Assembly (NCBI GenBank): GCA_964188305.1
Contig: OZ076890.1
Length of the DNA: 64,000 nucleotides
Reading direction: 5' to 3' (one strand)
Source of the DNA: Podarcis bocagei
Taxonomy: Eukaryota
A program made the position numbers and the translations under genes. The notes under the pieces were generated by a model. The model saw nothing but the letters and a program-made list of their open reading frames with translations, made no database searches and was not told the DNA's origin. Of the stretch, positions 38,001 to 53,000 are shown piece by piece (the first letter of the stretch is position 1; every line of letters begins with the position of its first letter).

Positions 38001-41000
38001 ACTGTAGTTGTGGTTTTATCATAAAGATCAGGATTCAAAGCACCATGTGTGCTATTAATAGAAGCTTCTCAGCCCCCTCCTTAATGCAGTATGAGGCATG
38101 AGGGGCTGCCCCAGAAAGGAGGGGGCACACAGGAAAAGCCATAGCTCACTGCTAAAGAAAAACCTTGGTATGAACAAGATCCAGGTTTAAGATCCATGAC
38201 ATTTCTGGGCAGAAAGGCTTTGGAAAAGTCCTAGGCATCATCCTGGAGAGAAACTGCCAGAGGTGACAGCACTGGACTAGGCAAATAAATGGCATTCATT
38301 TAAGGCAGATTCATATTTTCAAGGTAATTACTTACAATAAAACTATGAGGCTTAATTTTCCTCCTCAACCCTCAATTATTTCCCATCATGCAAGACAGGC
38401 TAAGGTTGCTTCCCTAAGATGGGTCTGACAATAGACCTCTCTTTAAAATAAACGTCGCTGGTTGCCCCAAACTTGAAAGTGAAACTAGTTTTTGTCTGCA
38501 CTAGAGAATAAGGCAGCTGCTTTGCAGCATGAAAAACGGAGATGCTATTTCCATGCTACATGGAGTTAAGAGCTATGCTATCTAGAGAACTTGTTTGCAT
38601 ACTGCACATTGCAAATATAAACCTGTTTAGCCACCTCCACCCACTTCCCCAAACCTGGGTACTGAAAACTCTGAGGCAGCTAAAGTTTCTGCAATCATGT
38701 ATGTGACCTATAGCCATGACAATATGGAAACAAATTATTTTATTTATTAGATTTACATACCGCCCTTCGTCAAAAGCTCTGAGGGTGGTTCACAAGATAA
38801 CAAAGGGTGGAATTCAAAGTTGAGATATGGCCAGCATTAACACCTGTGCAAGCATCTCAGCTTGTCCGATGGAAACAATCTCCCCTCCCCTCAGAGTTTT
38901 TCCAACCGTCCCCCCCACGCGCCATTTTGTGGGGGGGGGGAGGGGGAGCAAGGAACGAGTTGGGAAAGTCCTGTTGTGCAAGCGCAAGTGATTGTGGAGG
39001 TCTTCCACTTACAGGGCTTGTTAAGCGACTCCTGCCCAACGATATTATCCAACAAGATATAGCAGATGAAACTGACAATTAGAAAAATAATGTACCTAGT
39101 ACTACTTTGAAAGCAACTCTGCCCCCAAAGCCAGGTTATTCCATGTTAACAGGTGGTCCTATAACCTTAGATTCTTCTTGCTCACTTACTAGTCTCTTCA
39201 CATTATTGCTTTAACAATGTGCAATGTTTCACTTGTCAATCTTTTATAGAGGGCAGCGTCCTGCTTCCCGCACACTCGGTTCACTGCTCTTCTCCATCGT
39301 TTTTACTTAGAAGTTCCTTCCTTCCTTCCAACAGCCCTGAATGCATATAATCTAGTCCAGGGGTTGTCAATCTGGTCCCTAATGCCCACTAGTGGGTGTT
39401 TCAGGATTCTAGGTGGGCGGTAGGGGGTTCTACGGCACAAGCTGAATCCTCCTTCCATCGAGCACTGGTGGGCCGTAAGGAAATTTTACCATCAAGGAAG
39501 ATGCATTAGTGGGCGGTTGGTATAAAAACGTTGACTACCCCTGATCTAGTCTTTCTGGTTTATAGGCTTTAAACATGTTCATATATTATCTTTGCTGGGA
39601 ACTATTCATAGGCTTTGGAGGTGAGGTGGGGAGTTGTCCTTTGCCTGGTAGGTTGTTGTTTTCATACCTCCAAGATAATCTTGTACTTCCGTTTTTCAGA
39701 TAAAATGTTAATGATAGTTCTAAATATTCTGAAAATGAATTTAGTTAAGAGAGACCCCTTAAATGACGGTTGCAAACAAAGCTTACAAGCTCTTTCTAAG
39801 ACTTGGTAATGCTAAGATGCTGCAGGAAACCTTGACGGCTGCAAGAATTACACTTAAGGTGCTGAAATGTGCAAAGTGCAGGTACAAAACTGAGAACAAA
39901 CACCTGAAGATGATACGGCTGCTATGCAAGACTTTAAATAAATAGAGCTTAGGAAGAGTCGGTTCCTAGATGGAATAAGCTTCCCTAGTGCTACTGTGAT
40001 TCATAAGCTAGTGTAAATAAATTACTCTACGCTTACCTGGAGCTAGCCCAGCGTTTGCAGGACCTCCCATGGAAGGATGAGAGAACAAGGCTTGAGAGAA
40101 GGCAGATATATTTGACTGTGACATATTACTGAGTCGGGAGGTTGATCCTCCTTTAGGAATAAACTCGCTTGCCGCGGGATTTGGTGTCTGTTTAAAAAAA
40201 AATTAAAACAGAGTATGTGTTAAGTGTGAAAATAGATTTGTTTACTGAATAAATTAGTGGGTTTAAAGTTAAGAACGCAAACATTTTTAGTAGGTTATTA
40301 AAAACTAACAGACATAGGCCAGGCTCCAAAGAACTACAACTACCGGTAATTCCAAAAGTTGAACAGGGTTTTTAGAACTGTTGCCCCACCCCACCCCGCC
40401 CGACAATTCTCAGCATACTGAATGGCAAACCTTTCAAAACCACACAGAGTTTGTAATAAGACACGGCTTTCTGTGGCCCAAAGAAAAGAGTCTTACATTC
40501 TATGAGCTAGGTACAGCTCCCTTGACTGAAGATGTGCAGTTCCTTGAATCTTGGTCATAGGAAACCTACTTGAAATTCTGTTTCCATACAACTTCTTTCA
40601 TAATCTACAAGTTTGCATTACACACTGCTCAACTATATTTTGAGGCAAGGAAACTGGGAATACTATGAGTTTATAAGTGGAATTAGAAGTATCAATTATG
40701 CTAATAATGGCCAGCTCTTAGAGCAATCAATTATGCTTAAGAGAACTAGATTGTAAGCAGCTCTCAGGAAAGCTTCCTATTTTAAGTTACAAAAACTACT
40801 TTATTGGTGAAGTCATTTTAATCTCTGTTCCACGTGTTTGTTTTTAAAGATGTTCATTTCCCCTTAGTTTTAAGGATTTTCTACATTACATATTTTTAAA
40901 CAAGCTGAAGTTGTGTTTGGGAAATTTTAATTCAAAACCTGGTGCTGTCAGAAAGGTAACTGGGACAAATGACAATTTCTCAGTACAGTGGTGCCTTGCA

Positions 41001-44000
41001 AGACGAAAAGAATTCATTCCGCAAGTCTTTTCGTCTTGCGATGTTTTTCGTCTTGCGAAGCATGGTCCGTCGCAGCTGCGCCTCTTCAAGCGGCTTAAAA
41101 AAAAAAGCGCAAGACGTTTTCATCTTGCGAAGCAAGCCCATAGGGAAATTCGTCTAGCAAAGCAACGCAAAAACGGAAAACCCTTTCGTCTAGCGAGTTT
41201 TTTGTCTTGCGAGGCATTCGTCTTGCGGGGCAGCACTGTAGAACAATCCTTGCAAGGTTGTTGAGAAGTTAAACACTGTTCTGGGCAACTTGGACCAAAG
41301 GCAGAATACAAATATAACAAGCAAACTAAATGTAGAGCATTATCACAACGGTGGGGAACCTTAAGCCCCCTAAGTGTACCTGCCAGGCCTCTCAATTTGG
41401 CCCACATTCACCTGTCCATCACCTGACATCATATTCAAAAAACATCAAATTACAACCAGAAAGGAAGAATCCAGAGCACACTTAGATGGTGCTCCTGATG
41501 CTTCCTTTGCTTCTGCAGCTTCAATTCAAGGAATGGCTTCAAAGGAAGAAAGGAAGTATCAGAAAGGCATTTAGAACACACCTCTGATTCTTCCTTTTAA
41601 GTTGAATCACCTGAAGACACCAGGTGACTGACAGGTAGGCAGCCCTACCCATCTGTCAAAGTAGCCCACAAAGAGTGGGGGAATTCTGGATCCAGCCCAC
41701 TGGCCAGAACCAATTCCCTTCTCCTATATTAGCATATAGCAAATAAGTGGCAAATTCTTCACTTACATTTTTGACTTTGCCCTCATTTTTTCGGGAGTTG
41801 AGAGATAAACTCTGCATTGATATTAATTAGTGCTATCATCCAATTAAAGACATCTTGGTTGATCATACACCTATTAAATCAATTCAGTATTCAGAACACG
41901 CAGATGCTGCCTTTCTGTTAAATGTGACAAACAGGTCTGCTTACACAAGAGAAAAACCACAATAAATCCATCACAACAGGACAAACTTGTTTAAGCCACA
42001 GGGAGAAACAGTTCCCTTAAGGCAGGTAGATATAAAATCTGCATATATTTTCATTGTCATAAAGTAATTCTGAAGAAATCACACAATTTTTAAATGATGC
42101 ATACACATTTCATAGCAAGCATCATTTCAGAACAGGCACTTCCTCCTGTGAAAGCAGAAAGCGGCAGTGCCTCTTCTATCCAGTGCCTGGAATTAGTAAA
42201 GCAAAAGAAAGAATCACATGACAGATGCGGGCCAATAAACAGAAGTTCTAGGTTTAGGTGGTTCACCTGAGCCAAGAGACCTGTTCTGGATGGGCTGCAC
42301 TCCCCCTAAAGGACTATGTTCCTGGTCTGTGTGTACTCCTGGGTTCAGCTTTGTCTGTGGTAAAGAGTGCCTTCCGTCAGCGCCTAAGATGGCCTGGACA
42401 GTTATGTATGCGATGGTAATATCTAGGATTAACTGTGCAATGCATTGTACATACATGGGGCTGTCTTTGAAGATTGTTTGGAATATTCAGGTCCTTCACT
42501 GGTCACCAGTGACTCGCCACTACTGAGAAGACCTTCATGGCTTCCAGTGAAGATGGCACCTGCAGACCACAGCTTTTGTACATTCATGTACTGAGAACGA
42601 CTACTTTAAAAAACCTGCTGCTTGAGAAATCTAGGGTATCCTTTGACCCTATCAACCAACTAAGCACCACACTTCCAACATTAAACTGTCAAAAAAGTTT
42701 GATGGGCCACTGGTTGTTCTACTGGGCTATGTAAAAGATACAATACTACCAGATGCCACGAGAAATTATAATAGATCTATTAATCATAGTATGGTTAGCC
42801 ATTAGTTAGCTAACAAAAGCTTATCATAATTAGAGTTAGGGAGGGGAAACAGTAAAGTGACCAAGATATAGCTAAATTGAGCATTTTTATTCATCAGCAG
42901 AATAATAAAGTTTAAAATTCACTTCACCCCTACTTGTGCTTGAGTGTATTTTAAATCTGGTGATTGTGCTCATAGATCTGTCTTACCTTCCCAATGTACT
43001 TATGTCATTTAGTATTTACTCTTTCCATTCGTGTTAAATGAGCACTATCACAATTTTTCTTTTTGATTTTTTTATATATGGTTTTTAGATTGGTGTGATA
43101 ATTCTTAAATAAAGGGGGAGAGATAACCCTGCTGGGATACCAGATAGTCTGCCAAAGATACACATGAAAGTGGTGGGAGGAAATTCAAGGTGGTTGTATT
43201 ACAGCTAATGTTAAGGTCAGCCTTCACTTCCAAGGCAATTTTCCAAAGGAGAAAAAAAGAGTTCTAGGTAGGAGACTTTGCTTCTGAGACAAAACCAGTA
43301 TTCATAAACAAGGGTTTCGTTCATAAACAAGATTTCATTTTAGTTTGATCTGGTTAATTAATTAGTGAATATCTTCTCTGTTGTTTTTTAATAAATTAAA
43401 AAATCGCCAAGTTGGCTGTTGATTCAATCAAGAACAAATTTTGTTCACTATCTCTTTGATTCAAATGAATACATAGGTCCTCATTTTACATCTTTATACC
43501 ATTAATAAAATCTTCAAGTACAGGATATAAATAGAACAGATAACACAAGCATTTAAAGTCCAAATTCCCAATTTTATTTTTACTTATTTAGCAAAATATA
43601 TATGCAGTGGAAGACAGGAGTGCCTGGCGTGCTCTGGTCCATGGGGTCACGAAGAGTCGGACACGACTAAACAACAACATATGCAACTTAATGAAAAATA
43701 TAACGCTAAGTTGTTCACATAGTATAAAAATGCTGATTAGCCAACTGTCTTCACACACGTTAATAATTACACTACTCCCATTTCCTTTTTCCACATTGAA
43801 TCATAAAATTGCAGAGTTGGAAGGGACCCTGAAGGAATCTCAACAAATACCTGAATATATTCTACATAAATCAATGTATGCACCTATCACAGCAATAAAC
43901 ATTCTCCCTCTTCCTTAAAACAGACATGTACACATTTTCTTCAAAGCAGACAGACATTGTTTCTCCCCTTTCTGCCAGAACTCAGGTACAAAACCTTTTC

Positions 44001-47000
44001 GCACAATGTAGGTTTCCTCAAACAAGCACTATGATCCTCAGGCTCTGCTTCTATTGTCAGGTCTATTACTAACATGCTCATCCCACAACACATAGCCTTA
44101 AGGCAAGCACCTTCCGTATCTTCTTAAGGTACAACATTCTCATCCTCACTGAAGATGGGCTGCAGCTGGACCAGGGAGGAGGGAGATACACCAAATTAAC
44201 AGATAACATGTTGTAGCTGGTTGCAAGTGGTTACACAGAAACGATGTGGAAGAGTCTTTTACTGTCCACAGACCTTGGGTTCTTCATTCATGGTCTAGAA
44301 GGATAAATTCAAATTGCTTTTCTAGAATTGCATTATAGTTTAAGGAAGCAACAAAAGGGAAAAACTCAAAGCTGTAACTGTTCAGGAGCAAACTAGTACA
44401 TCCACAAATTCCAACTAAGGGTCACAACATACTTCTTTAGATGGAAGAGTAAACAATTTCCCAAACAAGGGCCAAATCTGTCATCATGTACACATCTGAA
44501 TGCTTAATTGAAATGAGACTCTAAAATACAGGAAAAAACTGAAATATCCTGGAAGTGTTTTTCTGAATTTCTCAAGATTCAACAAAGAATGTTACGGTGC
44601 CTTGAAGGCCAAGAGATTGTGGCGTCATAACAGACTAACACAACTACACTTCTGGAATTTGCTTGGTCCTTTTTAACTTTAGTACATGTCAGGTTTATGC
44701 TAACAAATTATTTAAATTTACAGAGCAGCAAGAAACCATGTGTCTTATTACAAACTCTGCTTGATCAAAACCTAGTTAATGGCACATGCATGAACTTTTT
44801 AACTGCCCTTAGGAAACACCAAATTATGGTCCTTTCTAGAATAGTTTATATTGAGAAGAGATCACCATGGATAGATAAAAAACTCAAAACACAATGGTCA
44901 CAATGTGACCCCGTTATGCCTCAGATCATGACTTTTATGTCTCATTTACAGAATAAGGCCAAAATGTATTATAACAAACATCATAAACATCAGCTTTGCC
45001 ACATCACTAAGATTCTCAGAATCCCAGTATGAGGCTACTTTCAGTATCAGAATCCTCGGGAGGTTTACAGACTGGCCACAAATCAACCACCTCTACAATA
45101 TAGTGAAATTAATTAGAAGTATGACAATTAAAAGAGCTCAGTAGCATGAGACAGTGGGCTGGATTCTCATCCACTGGCTGCAGATCTTGCAATCCACACA
45201 ATGTGCACACACCCTTTCCTGGCTCATTTGTGCTGCAGATAAGGAGCATGGAGGTGAACATGAGGAAGAGGACGGGCAAGCTAGGCCACCTAGTGTAGTC
45301 TAAATGGCTGTAAGAGCCATATCAGCTTGAGATTCTCCTAAGTCAAATCATTCTTGCATTGGGGGGCCTTTTATCCCCACTTCTATACTGAAACAGCACT
45401 GCTGCTATGCTGAAGCCTGGTCCTTTGGCAATGGCTCTGGGTTCTAACAATGAGACCCTACATCTTTGTTTCACAAGCTGCAATGGAAGCATGTTAAGGG
45501 ACCAACTTGTATAAACAGAGGTTTGCAGAATGTACAGGCCAAATCAACAATTACTGCAGATGTTGCTGCATGTGGCGTATTATACCACAACGCAGCGATT
45601 TAATGCTGTAGATTCCATTAAATCATACATGATGTGCAAGAACTGAAGTACAACATTCATACAAACAAGGCAAATGTGCTTAGTTTACATACATCAATCT
45701 GGCTCTTTTCAATATTCATAAACCTAGCAACTAAAAACAGTTGTGACATTCTCTCAGGCAAACTTACTCTTTTTGGGGGGCGCGGGGAGCACACAACGTT
45801 GAGCTCTTCAGTGGAATAGAGAAGGAAAATTTCCATGGTTTACATAAAAGCAGCAGAGAATGTGGTGTTCATATATTAAAATAACCAAGGTTGCAATCTG
45901 TGTGTGTATATAGGTGTGTGTGTGTGCGCATACGCAGTGAGAAACACAAGTTGCTAGACGGGGGGGGGATGCAAACTTGAACAGGCCACATTTTTCTACA
46001 AAACCTTTCAGTTCGGCAACCTACTTAGCACATGCATTGTGACTTCTCTATATAATGTACAATATGGAATGCTGCAAACCATTCTTCCTTCTTGGATACC
46101 CAAATTCAACTACTGACAAACACCACCGCCACAACAGCAACACTAAATTAATCAGCTTGAGTTCCTTCTCTTTCTCTCTTTGTATGACTTTTCCGATGTG
46201 AAACCAAAGACACACTTAACTTCAAATCACAGTTTACTGAAATCAGGTCATTCTAACCCTAAGATCAGCCAAAGCAAACACTGAGTAAGTCAAGTCCTAA
46301 AGGGGAAAACACCCTCTGTAAAGCCTCTGACTTGTGCAACAATATAGCCTACAAGCCACATTAACTACCTGGCACTACACAAGAAAACTATTAGTATGAT
46401 TTATACAAAGAACAGTAAAAATGCTATTGTTCCCATGTACAGCGGAAGCAAACAAGAATAGTAAGACATGGGGGGGAGGGGATTCACTGGGTGACCATTC
46501 TTCCCAGTCTCATGCTAATTCTGTGAACTACTCCTGTCTCAGTCTGTTTTTAACTTAGAGGTTGAGTGTGCCTCTCTATTCCACTGGAACACTTACCCAT
46601 CTAGAGCCTCAACACAACATATAGCAATAATGCCCATTGAAAGTCCCTAGGGTGCTAATCACAGGGCAGAAAGTGCCAGAGATCTATTCCTACTCATAGT
46701 AACGTCAAAGATAACCAAAGGCAATTAAAGTCACTAGATGCTGAGTGAGTTTCTTCTGTGGGCTAGGCTAAGGAGTACAAATAAGATAACATAGTTTTGC
46801 ACTACGATTGCTCTCTGAAACATCTGCGGTTCTCCAGATGTTGATGGACTCTCAACTTTTACAGCCCAGCCAGCACAGCCTATGTTTAGCGATAACAGGA
46901 GCTGCAGTCTAGCAACATCTGGAGGGTCTAAATACTGTTCAAATTATTTCAGCTATTTCAAAGAAAATAAGTTTCAACTTCTAAGGTGTTTTCCTTAAAT

Positions 47001-50000
47001 ATATTACTCTTGCCACCCAAACTAGATGATGCAGAACATTAGTTGAGAAGTGTGTAGTTTATTAGATAGTCACTTTTGTTGTCATTTGTACATTTGGCCT
47101 GTGAAGATTTCGGCCAAATTTCGGCCCATCATATGTATCTAACTTCAGCATTTTTGAAAAAATAAAAATAGTAGCCAAAATTATTTAAAGTGACTAGAAA
47201 AAAGTAATTTTACCTGTAAATTGTTTTCTGTGACTCTGTTCCACCAAACCATATTGATGGGTACTCCTGTTTTACACCTGTCAGCCAAGCAGCCAATAGT
47301 GTTCTTTGATTTTCTTGCCTTTGATCCCACCGGAACTATTCTCTCCTCCAGCATCCCCAGTCGATACTTCCTTGGCTATGGAAAAGAAGGAAAAAAACCA
47401 GGGCACTCCCAACATCCCTTAGTCTGAAACTCAAACTAGAACTAGATGACAACATATATTTGGTTTGATTGGTGGAATAGGAAACAATTTGCAAGTAAAA
47501 TTTCTGACTCTGGTCATTTGACTTGCCGTGGCTTGGAAAAGGAAGTTGAGAGGAGTCAAACAAGCAAAAATAGTTTGGAGTGGGTTCCAGTTGGTGCCCT
47601 TGCACTTAACTGAGGAACTTTTGATCCTGCAGATAGACACCCCTACTAATGTAAAAGAAAGGGAAGCATTCCCCCCCCCCGCAGCACCCATAAAACATCA
47701 GTGCCAGAGAGATGGGGGACACTCCAGAACAGGGCGGCATGGGGAGCAGTAGGAAGACAGTATCACTCTCCCTCCACTTCCCAATTGGGGACACCAATTA
47801 GATTCCACCTTGACTCGCAGTGCAATCCTGTGCATATTTACTCAGAAATACCGTAAGTCCCACGGAATTTAATATGACTCACTCCCAGGAAAATCCAATA
47901 GGATTGCAGAACAAGCTGGTCCTAATATTTCTAACATTTCATTAGAAAAGTCACATCTATATCACTTCAAATAAACTAAGACTTGTTTGAAATATGTAGT
48001 GCCAGGTCAAACTAAAAGCTTTGCCTGCTACATACCTCCAACCAGGATACTATATTCTGACACCTGAATTTATGAACAGATTCCAGAGGACAGAAAAGAC
48101 TGGGCTTGGAAATAATGGGTTGTAAACGAACAAATATAGGCAGAGTAAGCCCAGTGAAATCAGTAGACTTGACTAACTTAAGCCCAGTAAGTTCAGTGGG
48201 TCTACTCTGAGTAAGATTTCATTAAATACAATCCAACTGTTCAAAAGAGAAACCTTGGAAGTTCTGGCATAAATGTCTCAAAAGGAGATAGATAATTTTT
48301 CCTTGAAATGTTGTCCAGGTCAAGTTAACATATTTAGTCGCAAAGAGTTGCTTACAAAGAAAGGCATATAATCTCTTATTACAACTGTTTTTACTGGTGC
48401 ACACAGGTGATAATGAAATACTTGTATATTTAAGCTTTGAAGGTGTACATTCAAATCCCAGATGTGTTTATAAAAGTAAGGTATCATCTTGCCTATCAAA
48501 GTAAATATGAAGTAATAAAAGTAATTCCAAGAACAGTAATTACTCAACAATTCAGAAAAACACACACAATACGCTCTCAAAGGTTTACTATGAAATGCAA
48601 CTGTCCTTATTTACAAGCTGTATCCTTGCTGACAGTTAAGAAAGCCCTGCGGAGTTTTCAGACAGTATAAAATTATGAACTCTGAGCTGTATATAATAAG
48701 CAAGCACTTACTTAATGACCCATAAACTCATGTCACTAAAGAAGCTTCCTGCTCATCAAAATAAGTATTCAGTAAGCTACAGCAGAAGTCAGACATTGGG
48801 TTAAAGCTGGCCCTAAGGTGCCTACTACTAAATGCAGCAATAAAGTTTTCTAGCAGATAACCTTTAAGAAATTGAAGCTGAACAGCTGGTTTACTGTCCA
48901 TTGCTCAGTTAAGTGGTTCATCAAGAAAATTAGCTGGATACAGATGTACTGCTTGCTCCTCCAGTATATATTCCATTCAAAATACGCATGGAAAATTCTT
49001 GTCTTACAATTATTCTAAACCAGGGGTGTCTTCCCCACATGCTCCAATGAAGCTGGCGTACAACTACCCATACAAAATACTTGCAATGTAGTTATCCTAG
49101 GATGGACCCATGATAAAATTACTTCTCATTATTTTTTTACAGGAACCGATTGGAAGCAGACCTTAGCTTACGCTCCTCATTGAAGACATATTAATTCCAA
49201 AACAGAGATCTCATGGATGCTTGAATCCAATATCTACTTGTTTAGTTCACCTCTCCCCACACAGAGAATCATAGAATTGTAGAGTTGGAAAGGACGCCAA
49301 GGGTCATCTAGTCCAACGCCCTGTAATGCAGCAAACTCAACTAAAGCATCCATGGTAGATGGCCATCCAATCTCTGCATGAACAACCCATTGTAAAATCT
49401 CAGAAGTGTGCTGCACAAAGTTCAATATCTACAAAGATAATTAAAAAACCATAAAGAGGTAAGAACATTACCCAGAGCAAAAAGATATGAAATTGTTTTC
49501 TGAATATTTAAATAAGGTCAGAAGACAACATCCACAGAAATATTAAACTAATAATGAAATTTCATCCAACCTGCTCTAAATGGGGTTTTCCCCAAAACAT
49601 TGAAATCACCATTGCTTATATGACAAACGTGTGCATATGAAGCATGTTGACTGCAACAGTTCATTTTCAAAAAACAGTAGATTTTTAAATATATATACAC
49701 ACTTTCGTGCAAATAAAACAAGTGAACGCCAAAAGAAATCGTATCTACATATGTCAAGCTAAACTTAAAGAACATGACTAAATTGGACAAGAAACCATGC
49801 CTTTAACAATACCTAATGTATGTGTCCAACTAGTTTTATGCAGATCTTGATAAGAGTTTAGGTTACCAGCTATGCAAGCACTTAAGCAGCAATTCAGATC
49901 TCCTGAAGATTTTTTTCCATAAAGCCAACTCTCTTCAAAGCAAGGACTCAATTATATATGTCTCTTCCAAGGCTCAATCAATTTTTAGTCAGTAGTAGCT

Positions 50001-53000
50001 GGAGAAGAACTGCCTAACTCTTTCCCTGCTACTTATTTTTCAGCTCAAAATCACTGCATCCAGAGCTGCATATCCATCTGAAAAGGGAAATACACCATGA
50101 GAGGGCAATTTTGATCTGAAAAACAGGAAAATGAGTGGATGTGGTAGCTCATACCTCCCCCTTGCAATATCTGGATGCATTTATTACTCAACCAAGAACA
50201 ATAGCCTAACCTGATTAAATGTAGATTTGGCAAGATTGAGACTGGGAACTGAGTGTCCAGTTGCATGGATCCTTTCACATTACGGTCACCTGTTTCTTGG
50301 TTTTGTCCAAACAGTGACTAATGGTTTTAGAAACAGATAAAATGAGAAAGTGGATTTGCCTTGGGTCTGGCAATTTCAGCGTAGTCCATATTTATTCAGT
50401 AACAAGTATGTATCAATGCAAGATGGGGAAATTTTCAACTAGCAATAATTATCTTGGATTAACCTCATTGGCTATGATTAAGCTGGAAGCCCAAAAACTG
50501 TAGAAAAACCAATACTCAGCTTAAACTGGATAAAGTGCTAACATGGCCCAATTTAGCAACCTTCATGGTTAATAACTAAACAACCAACAACAGCACTGGA
50601 TAAGTAGTGCTAATATTGTGACCTTGTTCTCACAAGAAATAGGTGATGGGGTAAAATGTGCCTGGTTTTGGGGTTGACATGACTGTTTCCAAAAACAGTC
50701 CTACATGTATGTCAAGGGGAGACAGAACTCTAATATGCTTGTATTACCAATATTCTGGGGTACATGATAGAGCCTTCTCATAAAATCGGCATATATACAA
50801 TTGAAAAGAGGAAGCAGTAAAACACCAACGTGAAAAAGGGGAAACATCCTGATCAACTCTTGATTAGTTACTAATCCATGCTATGGTGTTATGCTGCTCA
50901 GCATTTGGCAATATGAGACACTGGAGTGGGGGCGATTCACTCAAGAGTTGCAAAACCTGGAACGGTTTTAGCTATCACTGTCTTATATCTTATACAGCTA
51001 TGGCCCCAATGTTTGAGAATAATTGAAAATGTGAAGATAAATATTAGAAGTCAGAGAAAAGAGTTAAATTCTGGTGGATTTTTAAGTATAGAGTTAAATT
51101 TTAACTCTTAGGCTATGCCACATATTTCATTTTAACTGATGGAACGATAGATTAAAGTTGCCTCTCTCAACATTCTTTAAAAGACCACATTTTTAAAATG
51201 TTGAGACACAAATTGCAAATTCAATTTCACAACACATCCTTAGTGACCAGTATTTCCTCCATCTGCAACGTAACTGAAGATGTAACAGGTTGAACAACCA
51301 AAATCCTGGCTTTTGTTATGCTGCACCTAGAAAACTCAATGAAGCTATAATGCATACCAGTCATTAGCAATAATTAAAAGGATGGGAATGGCTACAATAT
51401 AATGTCCTTTTTTCTTGTGTGTGTATCCCGCATGTCACACACTTAAGCACAATTTGTAGCTACTTTTGTACCAAAACTGAGCATTCTTACCACTAATCTG
51501 GCTGTACATGAGTGAGACAGAAGGGACTAGAAGACAAGTAGCACAATCCTGTGACCCAATCCCTCAATCATGAGTAAAGGCGCACAGGCAGCTGAAGCCA
51601 TTAACTAAGAAACTTGAATGCCATCCTTCCACAAAAACTTTGGCTGCTGTGAAACCGCAGACCAGAAAGACAACTTAAAGTAACTTCAATATACATGCTA
51701 GTCTCAAACTAAAAGATAACCGGAAAAGCAGAATGTTATTGCAGTGATGTTTTAAATCTCAAATAGCCCTTTTAAAATAAAAATGAAAATGTCTTTTTGC
51801 CTCTTTTATAGCACCAAGACCCACCACTACTACTATAAAGAATGCTAATTCCATCACTGTAGGCTTTATTTGCCCAGCTTTTAGGACACAAGAGATTCAA
51901 GCAAAATCCATCCAAAATGTTTCCACAAGGAAAGAAGACGCTTTTTACAGAAAAGCTCCTCAGATCTTAAAAAAAATTCAGGCCTTCCGAACCACAACAG
52001 TGCACCCTAATTGCTCGGAACAGCAAATTTCTCCTACAAAATTAAAACAAGTGTAACAGAACAAAAACTGCAATGCACTTAACACTTGAGTCTTCTATAT
52101 GCACCACAGAGGGGCTTAACAATCAAAACTTCCTATATTCTACTGGCTTAAATGTAAGTGCACAACATTAACAGGCAGCTAATTACAGCGCAAGATTTAG
52201 GATGGTACGTGCAGCTCTCCTACACAGGAAAGCCGAGCCAGGAGGACGCAAAACTATGGCATACTGCACTTTAGAGGATGTGCAGAACGGAAACCAAGAT
52301 GGGGGAGGGCGCCAAATTATGTCCTCACTTATGGTGCCATATTACCAAAGTCCACCCCTGCTAATTATCCCCGTTGTTTCAGTGGCAGCAGATCTTAGTA
52401 TAGCATTCTGACAGTTAACTGTTCATAAATCCCTGTTATTTAAATCGCTGACAACCTAACGCCCTAATCTTGAAATGTATTACCCAGAAGCTATTTTGCA
52501 TATGAAGTAAATGGTGCAATGCTTGTGTTGGAGTGTATTGTTCAGGGTCCCCAAACTGGCTTTGTACATTCAGTGGCAATTATCCAACCACCTCCTTGAG
52601 TGTGTGAGGCTGTTGATGGGCTTGCAATAAGGCCAGGAGTCAAAACCTCATTTGTATGAGTCAGCACCCCTACCTAGGGATGTACACACAGTCATCATGA
52701 CTTGCACATCACAGTGACTTTTATATGAGCACATGTGTATTTCTCCCTTGGAAGGATTTATTTATGCAAACTATGCCTTCACATACTTTTAGATGGGATG
52801 AAAACCCTGTTAGTGGCCTTGTGTGTTCCCTTAAGTTATAATAAAGCAATCACCATCTGCACAGACACACTTGCCTTTCCCCTCCATATGTCTTTGCTAA
52901 AAATCAAACTTGTTTTTGTAATGCTCCAAAAACCTGCAAAATTATATATACACAGATAGGACAGTGGGGCATTAAAACAAACTACTGCCTGTATCAACCC

